A stretch of 64,000 nt of DNA from an uncultured Chloroflexia bacterium (GTDB lineage Bacteria > Chloroflexota > Limnocylindria > Limnocylindrales > CSP1-4). Shown here piece by piece: positions 31,100-40,896 of the stretch (position 1 is its first letter; each line of letters begins with the position of its first letter). The stretch spans positions 1,044,672-1,108,671 of the forward strand of contig CAWAMH010000007.1 in NCBI GenBank assembly GCA_963783135.1. Reading direction: 5' to 3'. Made by a program: the position numbers and the translations under genes. The notes under the pieces were generated by a model, which did no database searches, had not been told where the DNA came from, and saw nothing but the letters and a program-made list of their open reading frames with translations.

Positions 31100-31381
31100 T
31101 CAGTCCTCCGACTCGCCGATCCCCGACTCGACGAGCTCGGTCAGGGCGCGCATCGCCGCGTCCTCGTCGACGCCGTCGACGGTCAGCACGATGTGGTGAC
31201 CCGGCGAGACGCCCAGCCCGAGCACGCCGAGGATGCTCTTCGCGTCCACGACCGTGCCATTCCGACTGACGTTCTGGACCGTGATCGCCGAGCTGAACCC
31301 GGCAGCGGCCTTGACGAACGTCGCCGCCGGGCGGGCATGAAGCCCCGAGCGGTTGCGGATCGCGAGCTCGGTCGAGCGCAC
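31100..31381 (-). CDS. ptsH: HPr family phosphocarrier
   Basis: NRSGLHARPAA and DAKSILGVLGLG motifs. Confidence 0.92.
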   Translation of the reverse strand: MRSTELAIRNRSGLHARPAATFVKAAAGFSSAITVQNVSRNGTVVDAKSILGVLGLGVSPGHHIVLTVDGVDEDAAMRALTELVESGIGESED

Positions 31382-31579
31382 GATCAGCCCGCTCCGCCGA
31401 TGTCGGCCAACGCGAGCGATATGTTGTGGTGATCGCGTCGGATGGCTGGTGAGCTCGGAGGCGACCGGGACTGTGGAGTCGGTCGGCCGCAGGCGGAGCA
31501 GGCCTCGAGTTCGTCGCTGGTATCGTGGCGTGCCACCTTCGTGGTCGCGGACGTGGTCGCCGACGGTCGGATCTGTCAA

Positions 31580-31850
31580 TGGCCAGCGCAGGGCGGCGGT
31601 GTGGACCGGAGCATCACAGGCGGTGAGCTCGGCGTGAGCTTGAGCAGGTGATGAGAAGCCGGATCTGAGGCTGTGATGTAGCTCGACCAGGCTCCGCGAT
31701 CGTGACGCACGCTTTGCAGGTAGGCATGGACGCTGTTGTAGGCGATGTACAGCTGATGAGCGGCGTGCCGCCATGTTCACGAACGCCAGGACGTCGTCGC
31801 CGGAGGTCAGACGAGGTCGGCACGATGGATGAGGAGATGCGGGATTGTGA
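31580..31850 (-). pseudogene. dhaK: Degraded C-terminus of dihydroxyacetone kinase DhaK
   Basis: Fragments in shifting frames: GDDVLAFVN, GGTPLI, LYIAYNSVHAYL, LLKL, DAPVHTAALRW, matching the DhaK C-terminal pattern. Confidence 0.7.
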
Positions 31851-31853
31851 GGG

Positions 31854-31910
31854 GATCGCCGTGCCGATGACCTCGGCAACGAGCTTCTGGGACAGAGTCG
31901 GTGACGACAT
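31854..31910 (-). pseudogene. N-terminal stub of an MIP/aquaglyceroporin
   Basis: AGGAGG RBS then MSSPTLSQKLVAEVIGTAI, resembling the MIP TM1 AExxGT motif; similarity stops after about 19 codons. Confidence 0.5.
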
Positions 31911-31940
31911 CGCGTGAGACCCTCCTGTGGCTGCGGCGAT

Positions 31941-32351
31941 CTACGCCGGCGTTCCCCCGGGCGACTTGGCGAGCCGACCGGCCGCCGCAGCCTCGGCCGC
32001 GACCTCCGCCAGACCGGCTCCGATGCTCGCCTGGACCGCCGCGACGACGGCTCCCTCGACGAGCGGGCCATCGCTCACGACGACCCGACGACGGACGTCC
32101 TCCTCGAGCTCCTCCAGCGCCAGCTCGATGCTGAACGCTGCGCTCCCCAGGTCGAGCAGGACGAGCACGCCATCCGGGCCGTCGACCGATCGGATCGCCT
32201 CGACGATGAGCGGTGCACTGGTGCCCAGACGCCCGTCCGGGGTCCCGGCCGCGACGGCGACGAGGACCTCCGGACCGGCCACCTGGGCGACCATCTCGCG
32301 CAGGCCCTCGGCCAGCGTCCGACTATGTGAGACGAGGACGATCCCGACCAC
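31941..32351 (-). CDS. dhaM: Dihydroxyacetone kinase phosphoryl donor subunit (EIIA-Man-like)
   Basis: VGIVLVSHS..LAEG, GRLGTS, LLDLGSA, GPLVEGAVVAA; AAGGAGG RBS. Confidence 0.9.
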   Translation of the reverse strand: MVGIVLVSHSRTLAEGLREMVAQVAGPEVLVAVAAGTPDGRLGTSAPLIVEAIRSVDGPDGVLVLLDLGSAAFSIELALEELEEDVRRRVVVSDGPLVEGAVVAAVQASIGAGLAEVAAEAAAAGRLAKSPGGTPA

Positions 32352-32538
32352 TCCGACCCTCCTTGGGGTTGCCGACCCAGCCTGACGGGCGACTTGGCAA
32401 GATGCCATCAAGATGCCGGCAAGAGTCGCGCTGGATGCGGTCCGGTCGCCTCGGCCGGCGTTGTCGGCATCCGGTCCGCCACCTACACTCGACCCTCCGG
32501 TGGGCCCACGCCGGCCTGCCCCCACGTCGCGGAGCGCC

Positions 32539-33222
32539 GTGTCAGTCATCGCCAGCAGCGACATCCGGGCGGCCTTCGACCGCTGCGCCAGGACGATCGA
32601 ACGCCATCAGGCGTACCTCACCCGGCTCGATGCGGTGCTGGGTGATGGCGATCACGGCGACAACCTCGCGATCGGCTTCCGAGCGGTGTGCGACACGCTC
32701 GCCCAGGCTCCCCAGTCGACGGCGCCGGGGCCGCTGATCCGGAGCGCGGGACATACCCTCGCGGCCTCGGCCGGCGGCGCGTCCGGGCCGCTCTATGGCA
32801 CGGCGCTCATCCAGGCGGGGCTGACCGCGGGCTCAGCCTCGACGCTCGACGAGGCGACACTCGACGCGATGCTCGAGGCGGCGGCCGCAGCGCTCGCGGC
32901 ACGGGGCCGGTGCGGGATCGGCGACAAGACGATCTACGACGCGTTGCGGCCGGGCGTCGACGCTTACCATGCCGCATCCCTCGCCGGCCGGCCGCTCGAG
33001 ATCGGTCTGGCCGACGCGGTCGCGGCCGCCCGGGTCGGTGCGCTCGCGACGCGGGCCATGATCGCCCGCCGAGGGCTGGGACTCCGACTGGGCCCCCGAT
33101 CAGCCGGTCACCTCGACCCCGGCGCGATGTCGTGCGTGCTCCTGCTCCGGGCCCTGGTCCCGCGCGCCGAGGAGACGGACGCTCGACGGATGCCGGAAGC
33201 GGCACCCGTCGGGCGGGGTTGA
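32539..33222 (+). CDS. dhaL: DhaL/DAK2-domain protein (atypical)
   Basis: LDAVLGDGDHG, GGASGPLYG, GDKTIYDAL, GHLDPGA; the GRASY motif reads GLGLR. Confidence 0.82.
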   Translation: MSVIASSDIRAAFDRCARTIERHQAYLTRLDAVLGDGDHGDNLAIGFRAVCDTLAQAPQSTAPGPLIRSAGHTLAASAGGASGPLYGTALIQAGLTAGSASTLDEATLDAMLEAAAAALAARGRCGIGDKTIYDALRPGVDAYHAASLAGRPLEIGLADAVAAARVGALATRAMIARRGLGLRLGPRSAGHLDPGAMSCVLLLRALVPRAEETDARRMPEAAPVGRG

Positions 33223-34862
33223 TGGACCCGGCGACTGACGCCGCCCGCATCGCGGCGCTCGAGGACGAGCTGGCGCGGATCCATGACGAGGCGCGCCGCG
33301 AGTCGGATGCGATGTTCGCCCAGTACCAGCTCAGTCAGATCCTCGCCTCGGGTGGCGACCCCGGCGAGCTGGCCGAGTCGGTCTGCGTGGAGCTCGTCCG
33401 ATTGTGCGGTGCCCGATGCGTGGGGCTGTGGCTGGCGCCTCCCGGCGGCGACGGGTTCGACCTCGTCGGGTCGGCAGGATCTCCGACGGGGCCGCTGCCG
33501 GGTCGGTTCGAGCGACTCGAGGACGGCGACGCCTGGACCGCGGCCCTTCCAGGAGCTGTCTCCCTGACGCTCGTCGAGGGTCGGCCGACCGGCCTGGTCG
33601 GGGTCGTCCCAGCGCCCGATGCGGATCTCGACCGAGCCGGGATCCGGGTCCTCGAGCTCGCCCGACACGAGCTGGCGGTGGCCTTCAGGAACGCCCAGCT
33701 CCGAGCGACGCTGGAGCTCGAACGACTCGAGCTGACCGCGATCATCGACGGCGCGACCGATGCCATCCTCGAGGTCGATGCCGACCGGCGGATCCTTCGC
33801 GTCAACCGGGCCGCGACGGTGCTCCTCGGGTCGGAGCCGGACGGGCTCATCGGTCGGACCTGCGGCGAGGCGCTCGACTGCGTCCGGGCGGGCGGCCACA
33901 CCGAAGCCGCATGTCCGCTGGCTGAGGTCATCCGCACGGGGCAGCCGGTGCGCCTACACACGACCGCCTTGCTTGGCGAGGGCGGGGAGGTTGTTCCGAT
34001 GGTCGGCGGCTACGCCCGGGTGGCGGGGGTCGATGCCCCCCGGGCGACCGCGATCCTGCGCGACATGCGCGACGTACGCGCGCTCGAGGAGCTGCGCGAG
34101 GGGTTCGTGGCGACGGTCAGTCACGAGCTGCGGACGCCGCTCGCCCTGGTCAAGGGTTACGCCGAGAGCCTGCTCCTCCTCGACCTGGCACCGGCCGAGC
34201 GCCAGCGCTACCTCGAACGGATCGACCAGCTGGCAGACCGGCTCCGGACGCTGGTCACCGAGATCCTCGACGTCACCCAGCTCCAGGCCGACCCCCTGGT
34301 CCTGGAGCGCACGCCGGTGCAGTTGGCCGCGTTGGTCACCCGTCTGAGCACGGATCTGGCCGTCGCCGGCGGTTCGGACCGGCTCGAAGTCTCCCTGCCG
34401 TCGGATCTGCCGGCCGTCGAGGTCGACCCGGTCCGGATCGGCCAGGTCCTCGAGAACCTCGTCGACAACGCCGCGAAATACGCGCCCGGGACCAGCACCA
34501 TCCGGGTGTCCGCGTTCAGTGGGCCGCCGGGCTGGCTGACCGTCGAGGTCGTCGACGAGGGCATCGGCATCCCGGCGGCCGACCGCGGACTCGTCTTCGA
34601 GCCGTTCCATCGGGCCCGGAACGTGCGAGAGTCGAGCATCGCCGGGACGGGGCTCGGGCTGGCGATCTCGCGCCGGATCATCCAGGCCCACGGTGGGCGC
34701 CTGTGGCTCGAGGACCGGGCCGACGGCACGGTCGGCACCTGTGTCTCGTTCACGCTCCCGCTCGCCCGCACCCGGCGGCGCGGCACCGCCGATGCCGATC
34801 GCGCTGGGTCGCGCACCCCGGCCGGCTCCAGCCCATCGAGGTCGGTGGCCTCCGATGGCTGA
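33222..34862 (+). CDS. Sensor histidine kinase (GAF-like, PAS, HisKA, HATPase)
   Basis: VSHELRTPL H-box, NLVDNAAKY, DEGIGI, GTGLGLAI; TGATG coupling to dhaL. Confidence 0.92.
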   Translation: MDPATDAARIAALEDELARIHDEARRESDAMFAQYQLSQILASGGDPGELAESVCVELVRLCGARCVGLWLAPPGGDGFDLVGSAGSPTGPLPGRFERLEDGDAWTAALPGAVSLTLVEGRPTGLVGVVPAPDADLDRAGIRVLELARHELAVAFRNAQLRATLELERLELTAIIDGATDAILEVDADRRILRVNRAATVLLGSEPDGLIGRTCGEALDCVRAGGHTEAACPLAEVIRTGQPVRLHTTALLGEGGEVVPMVGGYARVAGVDAPRATAILRDMRDVRALEELREGFVATVSHELRTPLALVKGYAESLLLLDLAPAERQRYLERIDQLADRLRTLVTEILDVTQLQADPLVLERTPVQLAALVTRLSTDLAVAGGSDRLEVSLPSDLPAVEVDPVRIGQVLENLVDNAAKYAPGTSTIRVSAFSGPPGWLTVEVVDEGIGIPAADRGLVFEPFHRARNVRESSIAGTGLGLAISRRIIQAHGGRLWLEDRADGTVGTCVSFTLPLARTRRRGTADADRAGSRTPAGSSPSRSVASDG

Positions 34863-35595
34863 GACCATCCTCATCGTCGAGGACGAGCCCGAGTTCGCCG
34901 CACTGCTCGAACTCTGGGTCCGGACCGCGGGGTACGAGCCCGTGCTCGCCCACAACGGCAACGACGCACTCCGACGCTTCTACGAGGCGCATCCAGACCT
35001 GGTCCTGCTCGACCTGAGCCTGCCTGGCCTGGATGGTTGGCAGGTCCTGGAGCGGATACGGGAGTTCAGCCGAGTCCCGATCCTCATGGTCACCGCACGG
35101 AGCGGTGAAGCGGACAAGATCCGCGGCCTCAAGCTCGGTGCCGACGACTACGTCACGAAGCCGCTGTCACTGCCCGAGCTCCTGGCTCGGGTCGAGGCCG
35201 CGCTCCGCCGGGCGGCCACGTCGTCACCCGAACGACCCCGCCGCTTGCGAAACGGTGCGCTCGTCGTGGACCTGGACGAGCATCGGTCTTATGTGGACGG
35301 CGAGGAGATCCGGCTCACCCCGACCGAGTTCCGGCTGCTGGCCTACCTCGTCGAGCATGCCGGCCAGCTCGTGACCCATCGCCAGGTGCTCGGCAGCGTC
35401 TGGGGCGCCGGCTACGGATCCGACACCCACTTGCTCCGGATGACGATCCGGAACCTCAGGATCAAGCTCGAGGCGGCCGCCCCCGGCTCGTCGTACATCG
35501 GGACCGAGTACGGCCTCGGCTATCGACTGCTCGGTGGCGGCGGTACGAAACAGGCGTCTGGCGAGCCGCCCGGGGCCAGCTCGGCGGGTCCGTAG
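34855..35595 (+). CDS. OmpR-family response regulator
   Basis: ILIVEDE, LLDLSLP, GADDYVTKP, LTPTEFRLL, GLGYR. Confidence 0.93.
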   Translation: MAETILIVEDEPEFAALLELWVRTAGYEPVLAHNGNDALRRFYEAHPDLVLLDLSLPGLDGWQVLERIREFSRVPILMVTARSGEADKIRGLKLGADDYVTKPLSLPELLARVEAALRRAATSSPERPRRLRNGALVVDLDEHRSYVDGEEIRLTPTEFRLLAYLVEHAGQLVTHRQVLGSVWGAGYGSDTHLLRMTIRNLRIKLEAAAPGSSYIGTEYGLGYRLLGGGGTKQASGEPPGASSAGP

Positions 35596-35636
35596 ATCGG
35601 CGTCAACTCTAGTAGCCCTCGGCGCGCGAGCGGCCG

Positions 35637-36947
35637 TCAGCCGGCGGCGGAGGCGCTCGTCGCGAGCCGCTCGATGAGATCAGCCGCGAGGACCGTCCCG
35701 GGCCGGGCGCGGAGTCGGGCGGAGATGGCGTCGAGCCGTGTCCGCAGCGCCCGATCCGCGAGCAACCGATCGATCGCAGCCGTCATCTCCGTCGGTTCGA
35801 ACGTGTAGGTCGGCAGGCGCACGCCGAAGCCGGTCTCGGCGACGCGCTGAGCGTTGTCGTACTGGTCCCAGAACAACGGCAGCAGGATCATCGGGCGGCC
35901 GTCGTGGAAGCACTCGGTGACGGTGTTGTTGCCGCCGTGGGTGATGACCAGGTCGACCTCGGACAGGATCGCCCGCTGCGGGACGAACTCGGCCCCGGCC
36001 ATGTTGTCGGCGAGCTCGTACTGGTCGGCCTGCGGCCCCTTCGAGACGATGAACCGATGGGGCGTCCGGCCGAGGATGTCCACGAGCCGGCGCATGAGCT
36101 CGACATCGGCTGAGCCGAGGCTGCCGAGGCTCAGGTAGATGAGCGCGCCGGATCGGTCGGTCAGCTCGGGCGGGACCGCCCAGTCCGTGTCGGCCGCCCT
36201 GGCCGAGGACTCGAGGCGGTGCCAGGTCGGCGCGAGCGGCGTCGCCCGGTCGTAGTCGACGTCGGCCGGGTAGAGATACAGGTTCAGGTCGGGCGACTCG
36301 TGGATGAACGACGGTCCGCTCGGCCCGTCGGGCAGCCCGGGTGCCCCGTGATCCCGGCAGAAGGCGTCGAAGTCGGACCACAAGTCCGCGTGGACCCGGC
36401 GGTATTCGGCCCGGAAGGACGGCCATGCCGCTCGATCGTCGGCCGGATACCCGGAGAACACCGGAGCGACCTCCGGGTCGAGCAGCTCGGCCGGGTTGCA
36501 AGACGCGATCCGGACCCAGCGCCGCCCGGACGCGGGCAGCGCCGGGAACGCGACCACGTTGTCCTCGACGATCACGTCCGGGTCGATCTCGTCGAAGATC
36601 TCCAGCAGGCGCGGATGGACGTACTTCGCTCCGTCGACGAGCGCTTGCCAGGTCGGCTGGATGAACCCGCCGAGCTGATCGATCGTCGGCATCCTGAAGA
36701 CCGGCGCGGTGTCCCGGATGAAGTCCTTCCAGAACTGGCCGGGGACCTCGGGCACCTCGGGTGGCGGCCCGAGACGCATCAGCCGCTCTTCGAAGCCCTT
36801 CGCCTCGAGCGTCCCGGCGAACGACTCCTCCACGATGAAGACCACCCGATGGCCGCGCTCCCGCAGGACGCTGCCGATCCCGACGCAGTTGTTCGTCGGC
36901 CCGAAGGCTCCCTCGGGAAAGAACACGATCGTCCGCTGCGGATCCAT
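35637..36947 (-). CDS. GT1/MGT-family glycosyltransferase
   Basis: YLSLGSLG, FVPQ..IL, ITHGGNNT, PLFWDQYDNA. Confidence 0.88.
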   Translation of the reverse strand: MDPQRTIVFFPEGAFGPTNNCVGIGSVLRERGHRVVFIVEESFAGTLEAKGFEERLMRLGPPPEVPEVPGQFWKDFIRDTAPVFRMPTIDQLGGFIQPTWQALVDGAKYVHPRLLEIFDEIDPDVIVEDNVVAFPALPASGRRWVRIASCNPAELLDPEVAPVFSGYPADDRAAWPSFRAEYRRVHADLWSDFDAFCRDHGAPGLPDGPSGPSFIHESPDLNLYLYPADVDYDRATPLAPTWHRLESSARAADTDWAVPPELTDRSGALIYLSLGSLGSADVELMRRLVDILGRTPHRFIVSKGPQADQYELADNMAGAEFVPQRAILSEVDLVITHGGNNTVTECFHDGRPMILLPLFWDQYDNAQRVAETGFGVRLPTYTFEPTEMTAAIDRLLADRALRTRLDAISARLRARPGTVLAADLIERLATSASAAG

Positions 36948-37019
36948 GGCGGCAAGGATGCCATCCGACGGGACCCGCCGGCAGGGGTTGCCCACGGTGC
37001 GCGCCGAGGCCGGGCAGGC

Positions 37020-37859
37020 TCAGGCTGAACGGGCGCTCGACGCGATCTGGGCCTGGATCCAGGCAGCCATGTCGGCCGCCACCTCCGGACCCTCCGGTTC
37101 GTTGAGCGTCTCGTGGCGCAGATCCGGGTAGACCCGACGGGTCACGCCCGGCAGCGTGGCGAGGATCTCCGACGACGCCACCGGGACGAGCGGGTCGGAG
37201 CCGCCGTGGGTGACGAACGTCGGGACCCGGAGACGCCCGAGATCCGCCACGGCCCGGGTCTGGGCCTCGAGGAGCGCGCGTCCGAGGCCGGTCGTCGTGC
37301 GGTGGTAGGCCAGCGGGTCGGCCCCGTACGCCTCGCCCACGGCCGGATCGCGCGACAGTGTCGATCCGTCGAAGCCGTTCGAGACCGACAGGGTCGGGAC
37401 GAGCCGCCCCAGGATCCGGGCGCTGGTCCGTCGCCAGCCCGGCAGGTGGTCGGCCAGCCACGGCGAGCTCAGGACCAGCAGGTCCGGCTGGGGTCGATCG
37501 CTCTCGGCGTAGGTCAGCGACACGAGCCCGCCCATCGAGTGACCGAGCAGGACCACGGGTCGGTCTGCCGTCGGGATCCGCAACGCCACGAGCCGATCCT
37601 CGACGTCGTCGAGCCAGGTGTCCCAGCTGGGGATCCACGCCCGCCGGCCCCCGGATCCCCCGAAGCCCTCGAGATCGAACGCCGTGACGTCCAGCCCCGA
37701 CGCGGCGAGGACCCCGGCGGTCCGCTCGTAGCGACCCGAATGCTCGGCGAGACCATGGATGACCAGGACCGAGCCGATCGGCGATCCGTCTGCGGGCCAC
37801 CGGCGCACGAGCATCGGGACACCGTTCCGAGCCGCGACCGTCTCCGTCGAGGACGTCAT
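37020..37859 (-). CDS. Alpha/beta hydrolase (lysophospholipase-like)
   Basis: HGLAEHSGRY, GHSMGG, D.LV, RHETLNE. Confidence 0.88.
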   Translation of the reverse strand: MTSSTETVAARNGVPMLVRRWPADGSPIGSVLVIHGLAEHSGRYERTAGVLAASGLDVTAFDLEGFGGSGGRRAWIPSWDTWLDDVEDRLVALRIPTADRPVVLLGHSMGGLVSLTYAESDRPQPDLLVLSSPWLADHLPGWRRTSARILGRLVPTLSVSNGFDGSTLSRDPAVGEAYGADPLAYHRTTTGLGRALLEAQTRAVADLGRLRVPTFVTHGGSDPLVPVASSEILATLPGVTRRVYPDLRHETLNEPEGPEVAADMAAWIQAQIASSARSA

Positions 37860-37864
37860 CCGCG

Positions 37865-38653
37865 TCACACCGCGGTCGCGATCGGCTCGGGCGGAGCCGC
37901 CATCAGCCGAGCCCGGGAATCCTCGCGCTTCTGGATCCGGCGGACGACCAGGATGGCGAGCGCCGCGGCGACGACGAGCAGGATGTCGACCGCCATCGAG
38001 ACGTTGATGAGCCAGCGAAGATCGTCGACGGTCTCGGTCGGGATCCGGAGCACGAACCACGACGCCCAGTTGCTCACGAGCCAGACCAGCCACCAGCCGA
38101 GCAGGAGTCCTCGCGCCCGGCCGACGTCGTCGCCGACCGCGAGTCGATGGTGCAGGTCGGTGACGATCTGGTACGGCACGAAGAGGTTCGCGATCGGCAC
38201 GAACCACCAGCCGATCGCGCCTCGAGGCGAGTGCTCCGGCGCACCCGCGCCGATCGCGGGCGCGTTGTCTACCGCCCGTGACAGCCAGGCTAGGTAGGCG
38301 ATCACGCAGCCGATGAACACGATGAGATACAAGCCCTGGATCGTCGCCGTAAGCGCGTCCCACCCGTCCGCCTCGGCGACACCCGCGGTCCCGAGCTGGA
38401 TGTCGTGGACGAGGCTCTCGAACGTCAGGAAGTGGGCGATCTCGACGACGGTCACGAGGGCGATCAGCACGAGGCACGCGACCGCGATCTGCGATCTCAG
38501 CCGAGCCGAGCGGAAGCCGCTCGCTCCGACCGTGGATGGTGCCGTCCAGGCGAGGGGAGGCGTCTCTGGGCTGGTAGCCGGCGGATCCGGCGTCGGCCAG
38601 GCGTCGGGCGCCGCCGATCCGCCAGCCGGTGGCGGCTCCGTCATCCCGTTCAT
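37865..38653 (-). CDS. DUF4328-type membrane protein
   Basis: WL.RA..NA...GAIGWWFVPIANLFVPYQIV pattern; GGAGGAG RBS. Confidence 0.75.
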   Translation of the reverse strand: MNGMTEPPPAGGSAAPDAWPTPDPPATSPETPPLAWTAPSTVGASGFRSARLRSQIAVACLVLIALVTVVEIAHFLTFESLVHDIQLGTAGVAEADGWDALTATIQGLYLIVFIGCVIAYLAWLSRAVDNAPAIGAGAPEHSPRGAIGWWFVPIANLFVPYQIVTDLHHRLAVGDDVGRARGLLLGWWLVWLVSNWASWFVLRIPTETVDDLRWLINVSMAVDILLVVAAALAILVVRRIQKREDSRARLMAAPPEPIATAV

Positions 38654-38830
38654 GTGGCTCCTCCGGTCGCGTGGTCCGGGGCGGGTCGATCGTCCGATGA
38701 TGACCCTCTCGCGGCCGCCTCGTGGCGTACGTCCGTGGGCACAGCCCGCGAGCGCTTTCGCGTTCCGCGAAGATAGGGACCGTGCGTCACCCGGGCGTGA
38801 CCGGCCGGAGCGCGTCCGAGGAGAACGTCC

Positions 38831-39700
38831 ATGACCGACGGTGTGCCGGGGATCGAGCTCCGCTCGGGAGCGTCGACGCTGGTCGTGGATGTCGAGCGAG
38901 GTGGCCGGCTGGCCTCGCTGCGCGTGGAGGGCGAGGAGCTCTTGCTCGGGGCCGACGACCCGACCGATCGCTCGATCCAGTGGGGCAGCTTTCCGATGGC
39001 GCCCTGGGCCGGGCGACTCCGCGACGGCATCCTCGACTGGGATGGCCGGCGCCATGAGCTCCGACGGACGCTCGGGCGGCATGCGATCCACGGGGTCGTC
39101 TGGGACCGCGCCTGGACCTTGGACCGGGTCGCGCCTGACGAGGTCGACCTGAGCTGTGAGCTCGGGCCGGCCGGCTGGCCGCTCGGTGGACTGGTCCGTC
39201 AACGGATCCGGCTCGACCCGGATGGCGTGCGTCTCGAGGCGGAGATCGTCGCCGAGCGGTCGATGCCGGCCGCATTCGGCTGGCATCCCTGGTTCCGGCG
39301 TCGCACGGCCGACGCGCGGCTCGAGGTGGATGCCGACGAGGTCCTCGTGACCCGCGACCTGATCCCGACGGGAGAGCGCACTCGGGTCCGCGGGATGACC
39401 GACCTCCGACGTGGCCCGGCGCTGGCCGGCCGGCGTCTGGATCACGCGTATGTCGACGCCCGGTCGCCGGCCGTCATCCGCTGGCCGGACTTCGAGCTCG
39501 CGATCGAGTTCGGGTCGACGGCCTCCGTCGTCGTCGTTCACACCCCGCCACGAGGGTTCTGCGTGGAGCCCCAGACGGCGTGGCCCGACGCGCTATCGAG
39601 CGAGCTCCGGGCCGTGCCGGGAACGGGTCTCGCGGTGCTTGCGGCTGGGGAGAGCCTGCGTGCGACCGCGTCCATCCGCTGGCGACGACCCGGCGCCTGA
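38831..39700 (+). CDS. Aldose 1-epimerase family protein
   Basis: PWAGRL, HAIHG, GWHPWF, CVEPQT. Confidence 0.85.
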   Translation: MTDGVPGIELRSGASTLVVDVERGGRLASLRVEGEELLLGADDPTDRSIQWGSFPMAPWAGRLRDGILDWDGRRHELRRTLGRHAIHGVVWDRAWTLDRVAPDEVDLSCELGPAGWPLGGLVRQRIRLDPDGVRLEAEIVAERSMPAAFGWHPWFRRRTADARLEVDADEVLVTRDLIPTGERTRVRGMTDLRRGPALAGRRLDHAYVDARSPAVIRWPDFELAIEFGSTASVVVVHTPPRGFCVEPQTAWPDALSSELRAVPGTGLAVLAAGESLRATASIRWRRPGA

Positions 39701-39750
39701 CGCGCGCCGCCGGGCCGCGCCCGCGGCCACCTTGGTCGGTGAGGTCCGGG

Positions 39751-40764
39751 TCAGTCGCCGATCCGAACGATCCAGCGGCCGCGGGCTCGACCGGCGAGGA
39801 TCCCATCGAGGGCCATCTCCAACCCGTCGAGGTCCACCTCGGTCACCGCGTCGCCGAGCCCACGCGGACGGAGGTCCTCGGCGATGCGATCCCACAGCCG
39901 GCGACGTTCGACGATCGGCTGCTGGGCCGAGTCGATCCCGATCAGCGCCACGCCGCGCAGGATGAACGGGAAGACCGTGGTCGAGAACGGTGCGCCGCTC
40001 GTGTTGCCACTCGACGCCACGGCCCCGCCCCACTTCAGCGTGCGCAGGATGTACGGCAGGGTCGCCGCCCCGACGCAGTCCACCGCCGCCGCCCAGCGCT
40101 CGGTCTCCAACGGTCGAGCGCTCTCGGCGGTGACCTCGTCGCGGCCCAGGATCCCTGCGGCGCCGAGCGCCGTCAGCTCGTCGTGGGCGTCGGCCTTGCC
40201 GGTCGCCGCCCAGACCTCGTAGCCCCGCCCGGCGAGGATCGCCAGGGCGGTCCGGCCGACACCGCCGCTTGCGCCCGTGACCAGGACCGGACCGTGGTCC
40301 GTTTCGAGCCCGTTGGCCTCAAGTCGTGCGACCGAGAGCGCGGCCGTGAACCCCGCGGTCCCGACGATCATCGCCTCTCGCGGCGTCAGGCCCGCGGGCA
40401 GCGGGACGATCCAACCGGCGGGGACGCGGGCGTACTCCGCGAAGCCTCCGTGGCGCGCGACCCCGAGGTCGTAGCCGTGGGCGATGACCTCCCGTCCGAC
40501 CTCGACGGTCTTGTCCGTGCTGCCGACGACCGTGCCCGCCAGGTCGATGCCGGGGATCAGCGGGCTGATCCGGGCCACCTTGCCGGAGGCGATCGTCGCC
40601 AACCCGTCCTTGTAGTTGACGCTCGACCAGGCCACCCGGACCTCGACCTCGCCGGCCGGCAGGGCCGCCGCGTCGAACGTGCACACGCCGCGGTCCACGC
40701 GGTCGTCGACCTTCTCCGCGACGAAGGCGCGGAAGCGATCGGGGACACGGCTGGACGGGGTCAC
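39751..40764 (-). CDS. YhdH/AcuI-family MDR oxidoreductase (acryloyl-CoA reductase-like)
   Basis: SSVNYKD, PGIDLAG, GTAGFTAALS, VTGASGGVG, PFILRGV. Confidence 0.88.
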   Translation of the reverse strand: MTPSSRVPDRFRAFVAEKVDDRVDRGVCTFDAAALPAGEVEVRVAWSSVNYKDGLATIASGKVARISPLIPGIDLAGTVVGSTDKTVEVGREVIAHGYDLGVARHGGFAEYARVPAGWIVPLPAGLTPREAMIVGTAGFTAALSVARLEANGLETDHGPVLVTGASGGVGRTALAILAGRGYEVWAATGKADAHDELTALGAAGILGRDEVTAESARPLETERWAAAVDCVGAATLPYILRTLKWGGAVASSGNTSGAPFSTTVFPFILRGVALIGIDSAQQPIVERRRLWDRIAEDLRPRGLGDAVTEVDLDGLEMALDGILAGRARGRWIVRIGD

Positions 40765-40896
40765 CGGGCAAGGATAGCGGGGCGTCGGATGGGCTCGAAC
40801 GCCGAGTCGCGTGCATCGGTCCGGGACCCGGTCGGACCGTATACTCGACGCCCCAGCACCTGAGATCACGCGGCCCGACCGGCCGAGGAGGACGTC

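Noticed and set aside
31100-31381. HPr as the substrate of the HPr-kinase-like gene at 497-1438
   Set aside because: About 30 kb apart. The kinase lacks the HprK N-terminal domain and is coupled to RRE and precursor genes, so a peptide substrate is more plausible.
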